A DNA stretch of 64,000 nt from Spirochaetia bacterium (GCA_965198005.1 CBDAOI010000003.1:32001-96000), one strand, 5' to 3'; shown: positions 1 to 11,059, counted from the stretch's first letter. Program-made: numbers and translations. Notes: generated from the sequence alone by a model not told the origin.

Positions 1-3
1 GGC

Positions 4-76
4 GCCGCGACATCGTGATCGGCAACGACTACGAGGGGTGCCCGACTCTCGTCTACCTCAACCGGCCGAGGCACTG
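4..76 (+). repeat. ~70-bp FG-GAP-like gene scrap, diverged direct repeat of 5164-5234
   Basis: gccgcgacatcgtg...gtctacctcaaccgg...gcactg occurs at both sites and encodes a DIVxxNxYE...VYLN-type peptide. Confidence 0.7.
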
Positions 77-268
77 GAAACTGCATGCAAGAAAGTCGTC
101 GCTGCACGGATGAAACAAAGCGGTATGATGTGGACGCTGGACGGAGCCAAGGGCATGCTGCAACTCCGCGCCTCCTTGAAGAGCCGCCGCTTCTGGGACG
201 ACTTCAAGGGCGAGCTCCCCGCTTCGCCCCCTGAGCAAATCGACCAAATCCACTTGGAGGCAGCCTGA
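77..268 (+). pseudogene. C-terminal fragment of an ISKra4/ISLre2-like (IS256 superfamily) transposase
   Basis: ETACKKVVAARMKQSGMMWTLDGAKGMLQLRA motif; no N-terminus present. Confidence 0.7.
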
Positions 269-403
269 AGGCTACGACACTCTGGGAATGCGCGCCCCAG
301 CGAGTCCCTGCTGTGTACGATGGCGCCGTGAAACCCCACGGCGACGAAGCGGCGCACCGTGGTCTCCGAGTATTCCACCCCCCGCTTTTCGAGCAACTGT
401 GGA

Positions 404-863
404 TCACCAGGAAGCTGTAGCCTTCCTCGCGCCACCCTCGATCTGCTCACGGTGCGAGTCGAGCGGATGCCGGCGGCCTTCCTCGCCGCTCCGCTGTTCG
501 TGGTACACCTCCTGCAGTTGCTGCTCGGACGGCACCTCATGCTGCTCATCCAGCCACCCCTCCTGCTCGGCGAGCAGCAGCAGCCTGCGGATCACGCGCC
601 GGTGCTTGCCGGTCTCACGCTTGATCGCCTTGATCGACTGCCCCATTCTCAGTCGTCGGACGATATCATGTCCTCCTGGCCATTCTGACCCTCCTCACGT
701 AGTTCGTTGTGTGCACGCACCAACCGTGCATCATGAGGGGGGTCCTTTTCGATGCCGAGGAGGGGGGTCCTTTTCAGTGCCGACCTGGGGTCCCTTTGAA
801 TGCCGACCCGGGGTCCCTAAAACGCCGAGGGGGGGGGGTCACTATCACTGCCGGTTTCCAACA
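404..863 (-). mobile_element. IS21-family left end with truncated, frameshifted istA 5' part
   Basis: Minus-strand terminus TGTTGGAAACCGG starts at 863; HTH-type peptide DIVRRLRMGQSIKAIKRETGKHRRVIRR; multiple subterminal repeats. Confidence 0.75.
736..853. repeat. Five ~23-25 bp subterminal repeats (GGGGTCC...TGCCGA) of the IS21 end
   Basis: Repeats are visible directly; multiple transposase-binding repeats are typical of IS21 ends. Confidence 0.75.
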
Positions 864-1094
864 CCGTCATCCAGGTATTGAGCGCTTGGCGCCGAGCGTT
901 GTGGGCCGCCCCTCGAAGAATGTCGAGCACCCACTTCTTGCTGAAGTCCAGTCGCCCGCAGGGCTCGGGGGTCAACAAAACGAGACTAATCAATATAAAG
1001 CAATGAGGGGTCCGACCGAATCCTTCTAACTCACCACCGGCCCGTGTGTTATGGATCTCCGTTTACGGTCGTGAGACCAGTTCTGTAGCTATAG

Positions 1095-2252
1095 CTAGGC
1101 ATTACCCACACCGACCTCTGCCTGCGTCACGGCGTTGCCGTTCTCAAGAAAGTAGAACAATTGGTGAATGATGAGAATACTGATCACCGCAGATTTTCGA
1201 TCAAACTCCGAAGCGCTTGCAACACCATGCGCAACGCTGTGGCGGGAAATATCAATGTTCGTATCCCGCGGACTGAATCCCGCGAAGTAGACATCACGAA
1301 GATACGCTTCGAATCTATGCGGCAAGAATAACGAGTGCTCATTGTTGCGTTTCGCTGCAACGGCTGAGGCAGTCAAATTCACCGGCGAAGCTCGCCCCTT
1401 GGTTACCTGACTGGCATAGTAAGTACGCATTATTCCTTCTATTCGTGGGAATAGCAATCCTGTGCAGCTGATATAATCGCCTTTAAGAAACCGTTCTACG
1501 CCACGGTCAATGATACAAATGTGTGGCAAGAACGATAAGTGCTCTCTCCAGCTCTCTATCATCCCAGGAACTCGTTCCTTAACTTCCTTAACAATTTCTT
1601 CGAGCTTCTCATCGGGTTCCCAATCGTGTCTTACCTGTTGTATCAATTCGTTGATTAATCGATCTGAAAGGCCGATGAAAGGAAACCACTTTGAGCCGAT
1701 AATTGCGTCCCATTCTTTCTCCGATATGCTGAACCTATTCTGAAACAGCACATGACAATAGGCTCGTCCTATCGCGACACCAATATCATATCCTCGTGGC
1801 TGTTTGTACTTACCTATAACGGGACCGTAGTCATAGAATAGTCCCTTTCTCCAACCGATCGAGAACAGGAACAGAAAGCCACTATTGTCCTGTATTGTTA
1901 CACCAAGTTCAAGACGTTCTATGTCGGCAATATCATCCTTCATTACTGGCATGCCTGCCTGAACTGGTCGAGCGGCACGCACAAGTAGAGACTGCTTTAG
2001 TTCATTCATATACACTGTGGCCTTTCCGTCCGATCGTATAATTGCAAGCATGTTGTCTACTTGTGATGGAATGACACGGTTCGGAAGCTTCGCAAGGATA
2101 TCGCTCGGCACGGCTTCCAGGCGCTGGACGAATAACTGACCGTCCTCGGTTGACGTGAATTCACGGAATGCAACCTTAGCCATCTCTCCCTTCTTGGCGG
2201 CTTCGATAACGTGACCTGCAGGTGGGTGTGCTAGATCGACTTCAACTGGCAT
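1095..2252 (-). CDS. Hypothetical protein (~385 aa) with C-terminal HEPN-like motif
   Basis: Long low-GC ORF; FPRIEGIMR followed by SRHSVAHG (R-x4-H); ATG at 2252 preceded by a G-rich tract. Confidence 0.65.
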   Translation of the reverse strand: MPVEVDLAHPPAGHVIEAAKKGEMAKVAFREFTSTEDGQLFVQRLEAVPSDILAKLPNRVIPSQVDNMLAIIRSDGKATVYMNELKQSLLVRAARPVQAGMPVMKDDIADIERLELGVTIQDNSGFLFLFSIGWRKGLFYDYGPVIGKYKQPRGYDIGVAIGRAYCHVLFQNRFSISEKEWDAIIGSKWFPFIGLSDRLINELIQQVRHDWEPDEKLEEIVKEVKERVPGMIESWREHLSFLPHICIIDRGVERFLKGDYISCTGLLFPRIEGIMRTYYASQVTKGRASPVNLTASAVAAKRNNEHSLFLPHRFEAYLRDVYFAGFSPRDTNIDISRHSVAHGVASASEFDRKSAVISILIIHQLFYFLENGNAVTQAEVGVGNA

Positions 2253-2292
2253 TTTGATATCCCCCCAATAGGCGACCCGAGCCCGGCGCATC

Positions 2293-2463
2293 GAAAAGAT
2301 CCTCCTAAGTGCTTAATCGGAAACAACTAACAACCCGGTCAAGCACCAAAGAGGGATTGACGCGGTTACCAGACTACATTACTGATGATGTTTGTCAACC
2401 CCCAATTGTCGAAGCCGCGAATCGAGGTAGATGAGCAACGCGGCGCATCGCTGTTGAGTTGGC
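2293..2463 (+). mobile_element. Diverged, inverted relic of the IS1380-like 5' end seen at 3605-3790
   Basis: gaaaagatcctcctaagtgc...ccagactac...PQLSKPRIEVDEQRGASLLSW parallels PQFTNPRIEVTEHRGAPLLSW on the opposite strand. Confidence 0.7.
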
Positions 2464-2467
2464 GCGC

Positions 2468-2700
2468 GCCATCCCTGGTACCCATCCCGGCTACATCTCC
2501 TGGGGCCAGTTCGAGTCCAACCAGGCCAAGCTGCGAGCTAACGCGGCCGGCTACGGCTGGGACCGGCGCAGAGGTCCTGCGCGTGAAGGGGTTGCGCTGC
2601 TGCAAGGGTTGGCTCTGTGCGGTCGCTGCGGCCGGCGCATTGGAGTTCAGTATCGGTTGCGCAAAGGGCATCTGGTGCCAAGGTACGTGTGCCATGACGC
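2468..2700 (+). pseudogene. Internal fragment of a large serine recombinase (recombinase/zinc-ribbon region)
   Basis: HPGYISWGQFESNQAKL...ALLQGLALCGRCGRR. Confidence 0.75.
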
Positions 2701-2729
2701 CCTGAAATCTTGTTATTTTAGCAAGATTT

Positions 2730-3070
2730 TCAGGCAGTCGCCCTCTGTAGTTGGTCCATCGTGACGGTGCGATACTGGAGGATCGCCGTGACCACCGCTC
2801 GGCCGTTCTCGGTGAGCAGATAACCGTGCGATGATTCTACTTTGCGGATTATCCCATGGGCTCGGAGCAAGCGCAGCTTGCGGGTGACCCGGGAGGCGGC
2901 GCGCGCTCGGTCCCGGGGTGACCCGAGCGCTTCAGGAAACAGCGCTGCGACCAGATCACGATTCCGCACGCCGTCAAGCGTGAACTCGCCTCCGCTGATC
3001 GTTTGCAGCAGCCGGAGATCGTCCGGTGACCAGGGCCGTAGCGCGCGCGCTCGTACAGGAAGTTCATCAT
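2730..3070 (-). pseudogene. C-terminal winged-helix fragment of an unclassified transposase-like protein
   Basis: EFTLDGVRNRDL...RKLRLLRAHGIIRKVESSHGYLLTENG; followed by hairpin cctgaaatcttg...caagattttcagg at 2701-2734. Confidence 0.55.
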
Positions 3071-3149
3071 GCCCGCGGTATAGGAGAGCGTCCGCAACGT
3101 GCGCCTCTCAGCACCAGCTGATCAAAGCCGCTCAGCACCCCCGTGACAC

Positions 3150-3790
3150 AAGGCGTTGTAGCTCCACGTATTGTCGTACGCATAGTCCGTCCCTTCCTTC
3201 TTCTTCCCATACACCTCATGGATCGATGAGTCCATATCGATGGTCGCCATCGCGCGCCGCTCCCGTGGTAGCAGCGCGAACTCATCCTGCTGCAAGGCCT
3301 CACCCACCTCGCGTAACTCACTGAGCGCTACCTTATTCCGTTCCTCTCCGAAGCGCGCCAGGAAGTCGCCTACTGTGGTCGCATGCGGAATCCGCTCCGT
3401 GCCCAACACTCGCTGTACTCCCGGGTCCTCCCGGAGCCGGTTGATGTCGCTCAGCCGGCTCCCTCCCGTAAGCATGTTGTAGATCACGGTAAGAATGTGA
3501 TCCGACTCCGTGTACCACTTGCAACGGCGCAACACCCGGACCCCAGCATCGAGCGCACGTGCGACCCCAAGGCGTTCCATGAGCTGCTGTATGATGGCGA
3601 TCCCTGACCAGCTCAGCAGCGGAGCGCCGCGGTGCTCGGTCACTTCTATTCGTGGATTCGTGAATTGGGGTTGACCAGCATCGTCATCGGTGTGGTAGTC
3701 TGGTGACTGCATCTATTTGGATCCTCCTCGGTGCTCGACCGGATCGGTTTAGATACTTCCCATTAGAGCACTTAGGAGGATCTTTTTCAA
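3150..3790 (-). mobile_element. IS1380-family transposase, 5' half only
   Basis: GGSRLSDINRLREDP...IPHATTVGDFLARF...ATIDMDSSIHEVYGKKKEG; truncated near 3150. Confidence 0.8.
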
Positions 3791-4113
3791 CCCATTCAGA
3801 GCGAATCGCTTATTTTGGGGCCTATAGTTAGCTGTTAGTTATTCGCAGGAGGCGTAGCGGGTTCGGTCGCGGCGCCGTACCGGATCGAGTTCTAGCCGTT
3901 CCCATATACGATATCTAGCAACGACCGGCTTGGGATCACCGGTGCGCGCTGGCGGGTGCCGGAGCGGAGGCGGGAATTGCCATCCCCACCGTAACACGTT
4001 AGCTTGATCCGAGTAGCGGTTGGGCTGAGTTACTGACCCATCGGCCCATAGCACAAACTAAAGGAGCACTCTATGCAGCCTCAGCGTGCAGGCAACTGTC
4101 GGCTGCTCGCCAC

Positions 4114-4647
4114 ATGGTAGAATCGCGGTTCTGGAAAGAAGAGCTTACTCGCATCGCAATCACGCTCAAGCCTGTTCGACGACCGGCTCGATGGACAGAG
4201 CGTGCTCATTGCATGGTCGAGAGGGACCTCTGCATCGGATTCTTCATTATTCGAAGGATGCTCGAGCTTAACAGGGTGTCGTCTCGCACTCGCAACTTTG
4301 AGCTGCGCGCCTACTGCTTCCAGGCACTGAAAGACATTATTCGACCTTACTGCCACCCCTTCAGCGAAGGAGTCTATGACCTGGACAGTGAGGAGTTGAA
4401 GATACTGGAGCCGCGGTACGTCTCTAATCAGTTCATTCACTCCTGCATGAGCATCGTAGTACGAGACGAAACGCGAAACTGGTCCGATGTTTACACCGTC
4501 TCGGACTATGATCGCACAAAGCACATCTGGCGCATTCCCATAACTGACATCCGTAAACTGTTCCTTCTAGCGGCTAACGACTACCCGTCGGTGGTCGCCT
4601 TCCACCTAAGTCCTGACAATAATGACTACACCGTCGAAACAGACTAG
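4114..4647 (+). CDS. Hypothetical protein (177 aa)
   Basis: Clean lower-GC ORF with globular composition; NQFIHS segment could be a HEPN-like variant but is unverified. Confidence 0.6.
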   Translation: MVESRFWKEELTRIAITLKPVRRPARWTERAHCMVERDLCIGFFIIRRMLELNRVSSRTRNFELRAYCFQALKDIIRPYCHPFSEGVYDLDSEELKILEPRYVSNQFIHSCMSIVVRDETRNWSDVYTVSDYDRTKHIWRIPITDIRKLFLLAANDYPSVVAFHLSPDNNDYTVETD

Positions 4648-4724
4648 CGCTCTCTCAACGAATCATGTTCGTATGCTACTCTTGCCAAGACACAATCACA
4701 CTGCTGGGAGGGGTGCTCGTAAAG

Positions 4725-4865
4725 AAACGGCTGATGATTCCGAACCAGATATCCACCTGATTCAGCCACGATGCGTACGTCGGCGTGTAGTGCACGTGGT
4801 ACCGCGGTGGCTGCGCTAACCATGCCTTCACTTTCGCATGCTTGTGCGTCGCATAGTTGTCCAGG
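4725..4865 (-). pseudogene. IS630-family transposase fragment
   Basis: LDNYATHKHAKVKAWL...HYTPTYASWLNQVDIWFGII. Confidence 0.8.
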
Positions 4866-4867
4866 TT

Positions 4868-5010
4868 ATGCTCTACTGGGAGATGCGCGACCTGCAGGTC
4901 AGCAAGACCGACTTGGCGCGCCGTCTCAAGTGGTACTTTCCACAGGTTGATCGCGTGGTCGATCTGAACCAGCGATCGTGGCCGACCCAGATCGACGCAG
5001 CGGTCGGCCG
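4868..5010 (+). pseudogene. HicB-like antitoxin C-terminal HTH fragment
   Basis: LYWEMRDLQVSKTDLARRLKWYFPQVDRVVDLN; homologous to the copies in the 16854-20793 array. Confidence 0.65.
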
Positions 5011-5163
5011 CGACTGGACGTAGTTGGCGTCGCCGAAACAAGTCCACACACGGCCGTCGCGAGCGCTCAGGGCTGAGACGCACAACGTAGATCGGCTGCA
5101 CCTCCGGCTGTCAGGCGCCGCGTGCGCTGGCCGTCACCCTACCCGATATCGACCGCGACGCCC

Positions 5164-5234
5164 GCCGCGACATCGTGCTCTGCAACCACTACGAGGTGCT
5201 GGACTCCCGTCTACCTCAACCGGTCGCGGCACTG
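5164..5234 (+). repeat. Second copy of the FG-GAP-like scrap (see 4-76)
   Basis: Direct sequence comparison. Confidence 0.7.
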
Positions 5235-5503
5235 AGTGAAGGCGGCGCCGTTCGCGCAGGCCACATAGAACACCGAAGAACAACGACCGCCGCTTCGAAC
5301 TGCTCGCGACCAGAAGTCCTGCGTGGCAGACCGGATCTGATCGTGGTCGAAGCTGGTCACCTTCGCGCTGCCCCTGCTCGGCGTGCCGCGCGACGACGTG
5401 CGCAGGCCGTAGTTGGCCGATGGAGCTGCGCAGCGAGAAGAAGTAGCAGATGACCGGAACGCCCATAACGGCATGTCGGGGGCCGCCACGGTTGTAGTAT
5501 ACT

Positions 5504-8500
5504 CTATGGATCTTGGACACCGATCTTTTGCAGTACGCTGAGCGTTGCGGCTGGAAGATTGCCGCGAACGACCAGCTCATTTTCCACGATCACTGGGATG
5601 TTTCCACCGCCAGCACGGTAATCTGCGATGGCCGGATCGGCTGGATGATCGGGCGTTAGCGGTCCTGAGAGCGAGATAATGTACTTCCCTCCTGCGCTGG
5701 TTCTGACCAAAATAGGTGCCACAATGGTGCCGGTCGTGTTTGTGCTCGCTGAGACGCCAAGCTCAAACTTGGGTTCCTGAGCGGTCTGCCGCTGGAGATC
5801 GTGAAACAACAGTTCTGTGGATGTTCGTAGACGCTCAGGCGCAAAACGTGGCGGTTCTCCCTCGAGTAGATACTCCAGTAATTCTACCCCGACGTGGCGG
5901 TCCAGCAGGCTGTGTTCGAATTTGTTCTTGAAACTACGCAGGCACCGGTAGCATGATGTGTCGCACTTCTCCCTACATCCATTCATAAGCGTGAGCGCGC
6001 GCTGAAACAGCTCTACACCATAATCGGCGAGTTCGCTGGAAAACCCGGCTCCTCCCGGCAAAGTGTCATAGAGAAAGATTTCCGCCTCAAGACCGCTCTT
6101 TCCAGCCGGTGTTAGCGCGGGCCGATATTCCGCCATCATCTCACCCGGCTCGATCTCAAGCAAGTCACATGCGGCCTTGGCCAGCGCCTCGCTCACGGTT
6201 CTCAAAGCAACGGAAGTTGAAGTGTGTCCGGGCTTCAAAGTAAGTGGTGGAGCAACACACATCGAAAACAGGGCAATGTCCGTGATGAAATCAGCGCCGA
6301 GAACGAGGTGCCTAGTGGTGCCATCTCCGTCGCAGATCAGTTTGTCGTCATCGTCCGGGTAGGGTTTGCGGTGTGCGCCGATGAGTTTCGAATCGTGAGA
6401 TGTACTGGATTCTATGCGCCCGCATTTCACACAGTAGTTATAACCAGCTCTGTTTGGTCCGGTATTCGATACGAGCAGATGCTGCCGCGCCCTCAAAACT
6501 CGGATGCGGTCGTTGATCGTCGTCCAGCCCGCCTCGTCATCGGGAGTACCCATGGTAAGCTTAGCGCGAGTAGCGTAACTCGTTTCCGGCATGTCCTCCG
6601 GTGATGTAACTTCTTCCATATCGATGGGATGGGCGAAGCCCGGGGGACGCAGCCAGTAGCGTCCTGGACCAAAAGCCTCCTCTCCCCCGCAGGCTTCGCA
6701 GTCACGCGTTTCCTTACGATTCGCTTCGCTGATCGAAAACGTTCGCGCAAAACCGCAGTTGCTGCACTCCATGTAGATGCGCCTTGAGTCCCAGGCAGCG
6801 AATCGATCGTCGGACATAACGGAGTAAATTGCCCCCGACGTGTAACACTTTCCCGAGATCCAGACCTGTTTACCGGGTGCGTACTGTGTCAGGGCGATCG
6901 GGAGTCCCTGGGAGGGTGCGAAGCGCATAATCGGCCGAAAACGAGACGACCGATCCCGGTCGAAAACGTGAAACGTGGCGACATCTGTTGGAAAAGCATA
7001 ACGAGGTAATATGCCGCAATAGAGAAGACGGTCGAGAAGCTTGCCGGGGTCTGAAGCCTGTTGCGGGCGCTCCTCGTCCTGTTCGGACGGAACCTCTGTC
7101 CCAGTACCGTCTCCGGTCTCCTCCTTCAACCAGACCCCTTCCGAATCGGATTGGATGGCATCGTCAATCGCCTTCAGGCATTCGTCTTTCATATTCTCAA
7201 GCAGATGCTCGCGGTCATCCTTTGAAAGCTCCTCGGGTATCCATGAGAGGACGCGCTCCTGCAAGTGCCCTTCATGCTCGGTAAGCCAAACCCCAAAGTC
7301 ATCTCGATTCAGTATCGACGTGCCGTTACGGAATTCAGAGACCGTACCGAGGACGGAGAATAGATCGTGTCGTTGGTCCGGGTCGATCTCTGGGAGCCGA
7401 TGCTGATGGTAATTCTGCAACAAAAAGGCCCGGATGTGACGGCGCACGATCTCGCAGTTGTCGAGTGTAAGTTTCGGATCGACGACGTCACCACGGATCA
7501 TGCCTTCGGGCTCCGAGAAGTAGTGCTCATCATGGCTGTCAGCGCTGCCGAATGCAACGACTGTGGCGACAGCGTTGCCACGGCGTCCTGCCCGTCCGGA
7601 GCGCTGCTGATAATTGGCTCGGCTTGGGGGCATGTTGCGCAAAGCTACTCCCGACAACGTGCCGATGTCGATACCGACTTCCATGGTAGTCGTGCTCGAG
7701 AGTACATCGATGGCGTTCGATTTGCTTCCCTCTCGGTCAAGCGCTATATCCTGAAAAAGCAGTTCATTTTCCTCCGCTTTGGAGAAAACATCTTCATTCT
7801 GAGGGGCATTCAATTGCGCTGTATGTTCGGCAGCGATGAGTGCCATGGGCTGCCGCGGTGGGTTGTCGAGTGCCTCCATGACCGGTCTGCGGTAGAACCC
7901 TTTCCGAGCGAGGAAGACGGCATCCAAATCCGGATCAATAGATGTGACCTTCTGGCTGCCGCAGTCGAGGCAGTACCACAGTCCTGGTACCGGCCGATGA
8001 ACGGACGTGCAGCTTGCACAATGAACCCACGTGCCATCAAACAGGAGAGTAAGCTCACTGCCCTTGAGGCGCTTGAAGCCGCCATCGGAATCCTGCGTAA
8101 ACAGCGATAGCAATGCTGGGGACCATCGACTCCAGAACATCCCATGGGCCGCCTTGTCCGCAAGGACGATGCCCATGGCCTTGAACTTCCCCTTCTGACC
8201 GCGGATGCTGGTACCCTCCGACCGTGGGCGTCTCCACCAGACAGGAGGCATTGCGCTCAGCCAGAAGCCGTGACTCTGCCAGCAGCGCAGCCAAGCCCGT
8301 GCAAGTGCAACCTTGGCTTCGACACTCTCAACAACCCCCGGAATCGTCGGAAGTCGCTCGAGCTGGGCAGTATGCTTGGATCGCTCCGCAATTGAAGCCA
8401 ACGCCAGCGCCTCAAATCCGAGGAACCGATCCTGAACCGTCGTGACAATGTTATCGAGCAAAGCCTCCGGAGGACGCTCGTTGCGAAGCTCCAAGCACAG

Positions 8501-11059
8501 GCTCAGCAAGCCCATATCGCTCTCGGGCACACCGTCGCGAATTGCCTTTTCGACAATGGACTCCGCGCCAAAGCTCTCGCCAGATTTCATTTCCGGCCGG
8601 AGGCGTACCAGTAGTTGCTTCGACGCCAACAAGACGGCAAGATACAGGTCCTCAAGATTCAGATGCTCTGCGAGCTCCGGTACGCGCTGAAGCCGACGAT
8701 AGCCCCACGCAATAAGCGGACGAAGGGAATCGCGAACAGAATACAATTGCAAGTTCGGCGCGAGCCGCGCAGCGACCTGACGCGAATCGGAGAAGGTCAG
8801 GACCTTGCGCCCCTGTAACGGAGCGAAGCTGCTCGCCTCCACCGGAGCCGGCGGTTGAATCTGAATCTGACGAGCGACGAGCGCCTGGAATGGTTGATCG
8901 CCCCTCGTCTGATGATCCTGAACATAAGAACGGCCGAATCGGGCTGTCTTTCCGCAGACCGCACAGGGCGCGAACTGCCCACGTGTCGCGATTCCTGCGG
9001 GTGTTTGGTCGTCTTCGTCTACAGCGTCGGACACTCGGTCACTGCGAACATAGACCGTTCGTGTACGCGGACCCAGTGTCTCAGGGTTGAGGCGACCCGT
9101 CTCGAGGTCGTAGTCGGCAGGTTCAGCGACATCGTCGAGAACCGGCGGTTCGAGAAGCAAGTCGAGGGGTAAGAGCGGACTCGTCTCCCCACCGGTTGAG
9201 CGAAGGCGCTGTCCCGCTTCGGACCATAAGGCTGCCGGAACATCGACGTCGTCTGTATACGCCCTGGCATAGGCTGTGCCGCAATTACGGCACGTGTACA
9301 GTTCCAGCACCCGGGCGCCACACCCGCACAGCTCACGCGGCTGGCTATACATCGTCCCGCATATATCATTCTTCTCACCGTCGTCGATCTCACGGCAATC
9401 GCGATCCATGCAGACCCACAGGCCCGGAAGCCCGCGGAAAAAATTATGGATCCTGCACGGCAGAAGGCCAGGGGTGTTGGGCTCAAGGCGCGCCGAGCTT
9501 CCGAGGGCCATTAGAGCGGTCACCGCAGCACTAGCCCTCTCAGGAGTTGCGCTCGGGAAAATGATGGGGCCGACCTCCGCAACTTGCAGAGCTTGCTCCA
9601 TGGTTAGATTCACGAGCATACCCAGCGGATCGAAATCTGCCAACGCATAATAGAGTGCCGCCTCCGATGTGAAGTTGCCCCTCACACCACGGTAATCGAG
9701 AAGCGGTTGTAGTGCCGAAATGCGTTCCGAATCGGTGCTGGCCCCATAGTATTTCTGGATATCGACAGAAGCGAGGACGTCGGCGGCATGATCCGATCCC
9801 GGAGCGGAGTGAGGATTCTTATCGAGAGAGCTGGTAATGGAAACAAAACTCTCGGCTGGTAAACCCGAGAGCTGAGCGCCGAACTGCGGGGCATAGTTGG
9901 CATCCTTGAAACTCGCTGTGGCGCATATAACCTGGAACCGCTCTGCCGCGATTCCCAACCGGTCCCGCAGTCGCCGCAGAAGAAGCCCGACCTCGGCACC
10001 GGCGGCACCCCTGTAAAGGTGGGCCTCATCCAAAACGACGAGGAACTTCTCCCCCTTGTTGCTCTCAAGCCACTTGCGCGTCTTGTCGAAGATGGGACGT
10101 TCGATCGGGCGCATTAGCATGTATTCAAGCATCGAGTAGTTTGTCAATAGGAGATCCGGCGGGGAGACCTGGACCTCCTGGCGCGTTAGTAGCTCAGAGT
10201 CGTCCGGAAGTGTAACAGCTCTGAGGAAGTCGCCGGACTTCGAGTCTTGCCACCTGCTGCCCTTTACACCGAGCCAAGCCGCGAGATCGGGCTTGGCAGG
10301 CCACTTTCCCCGCTCCTTTAGAGCCTTCAGTAGCTCCTGCGCTTCTTCCTTGTCGTCGGGATCGCCCGTCCGGGCGCGACGCTGGAGGTCCGCATAGAAG
10401 TCGCCGAACGCTTTGAGCTTTACCGAATCCTTTTTCGTAGTGCGGACACCTGCGTATGGTGTCCTGCTTGTGTAGCGGGCAAAACGCGGAGGGCGCCCGC
10501 CCCATCCCTTGAACAGCTCCACGATCCGCGGATCACCGAACATGGCCCTCAACCTCCCAAGCTGGTCGTTCACGAGCGCATTCATGGGATACAGAATGAG
10601 CGCACGCATGGCCGGTTGTTGGCGAAACGTGTCGGATCTGGTATTGGCTTCCATACTCAGTTTTCCGAGGATCGTCAGTAGGAAGCATTCGGTTTTTCCG
10701 GAGCCAGTTCCCGTCATGATGACGAGATTCTTGCCATTGATGAGGCTGCCATGGATGGCATCCCACTGATGTTGGTAGGGAGGATCGTAGACAAGGCGCG
10801 GCAGGTCCCCGACGGGTTCTGAAATCGCCAAGTATGTCTCACGAGCTGCCGGAGGCAGTCCTATCATGGCGGCGAATCCAGCACTCGTCTGATACCGCGG
10901 AGTCGATTCCAAGTAGGGCACTTGGTAGACAACGCCCGGACGATTAAGCAGTTCCTTTCGTTGCGCTATAAGTGTCGCATCGCTGATATGATAGGTGGCC
11001 TCAATATAGTCACAGAGTGCGCGATGAAGCTGCTCGATCGACTCCTGTATTGTCTGCAT
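5504..11059 (-). CDS. druE: DruE-like DEAH-box helicase with Zn motifs and C-terminal DUF1998 (1851 aa)
   Basis: TGTGSGKTE, YPMNALVNDQ, LDEAH, TTTMEVGIDIG, QRSGRAGRRG; FLYDTLPGGAGFS...CDTSCYRCL; ATG at 11059 after a GGAG RBS; last gene of an operon that begins with a DruA-like gene. Confidence 0.85.
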   Translation of the reverse strand: MQTIQESIEQLHRALCDYIEATYHISDATLIAQRKELLNRPGVVYQVPYLESTPRYQTSAGFAAMIGLPPAARETYLAISEPVGDLPRLVYDPPYQHQWDAIHGSLINGKNLVIMTGTGSGKTECFLLTILGKLSMEANTRSDTFRQQPAMRALILYPMNALVNDQLGRLRAMFGDPRIVELFKGWGGRPPRFARYTSRTPYAGVRTTKKDSVKLKAFGDFYADLQRRARTGDPDDKEEAQELLKALKERGKWPAKPDLAAWLGVKGSRWQDSKSGDFLRAVTLPDDSELLTRQEVQVSPPDLLLTNYSMLEYMLMRPIERPIFDKTRKWLESNKGEKFLVVLDEAHLYRGAAGAEVGLLLRRLRDRLGIAAERFQVICATASFKDANYAPQFGAQLSGLPAESFVSITSSLDKNPHSAPGSDHAADVLASVDIQKYYGASTDSERISALQPLLDYRGVRGNFTSEAALYYALADFDPLGMLVNLTMEQALQVAEVGPIIFPSATPERASAAVTALMALGSSARLEPNTPGLLPCRIHNFFRGLPGLWVCMDRDCREIDDGEKNDICGTMYSQPRELCGCGARVLELYTCRNCGTAYARAYTDDVDVPAALWSEAGQRLRSTGGETSPLLPLDLLLEPPVLDDVAEPADYDLETGRLNPETLGPRTRTVYVRSDRVSDAVDEDDQTPAGIATRGQFAPCAVCGKTARFGRSYVQDHQTRGDQPFQALVARQIQIQPPAPVEASSFAPLQGRKVLTFSDSRQVAARLAPNLQLYSVRDSLRPLIAWGYRRLQRVPELAEHLNLEDLYLAVLLASKQLLVRLRPEMKSGESFGAESIVEKAIRDGVPESDMGLLSLCLELRNERPPEALLDNIVTTVQDRFLGFEALALASIAERSKHTAQLERLPTIPGVVESVEAKVALARAWLRCWQSHGFWLSAMPPVWWRRPRSEGTSIRGQKGKFKAMGIVLADKAAHGMFWSRWSPALLSLFTQDSDGGFKRLKGSELTLLFDGTWVHCASCTSVHRPVPGLWYCLDCGSQKVTSIDPDLDAVFLARKGFYRRPVMEALDNPPRQPMALIAAEHTAQLNAPQNEDVFSKAEENELLFQDIALDREGSKSNAIDVLSSTTTMEVGIDIGTLSGVALRNMPPSRANYQQRSGRAGRRGNAVATVVAFGSADSHDEHYFSEPEGMIRGDVVDPKLTLDNCEIVRRHIRAFLLQNYHQHRLPEIDPDQRHDLFSVLGTVSEFRNGTSILNRDDFGVWLTEHEGHLQERVLSWIPEELSKDDREHLLENMKDECLKAIDDAIQSDSEGVWLKEETGDGTGTEVPSEQDEERPQQASDPGKLLDRLLYCGILPRYAFPTDVATFHVFDRDRSSRFRPIMRFAPSQGLPIALTQYAPGKQVWISGKCYTSGAIYSVMSDDRFAAWDSRRIYMECSNCGFARTFSISEANRKETRDCEACGGEEAFGPGRYWLRPPGFAHPIDMEEVTSPEDMPETSYATRAKLTMGTPDDEAGWTTINDRIRVLRARQHLLVSNTGPNRAGYNYCVKCGRIESSTSHDSKLIGAHRKPYPDDDDKLICDGDGTTRHLVLGADFITDIALFSMCVAPPLTLKPGHTSTSVALRTVSEALAKAACDLLEIEPGEMMAEYRPALTPAGKSGLEAEIFLYDTLPGGAGFSSELADYGVELFQRALTLMNGCREKCDTSCYRCLRSFKNKFEHSLLDRHVGVELLEYLLEGEPPRFAPERLRTSTELLFHDLQRQTAQEPKFELGVSASTNTTGTIVAPILVRTSAGGKYIISLSGPLTPDHPADPAIADYRAGGGNIPVIVENELVVRGNLPAATLSVLQKIGVQDP

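Noticed and set aside
736-853. Possible CRISPR array
   Set aside because: The repeats are nearly adjacent with no unique spacers, lie at an IS21 terminus, and no cas genes are present
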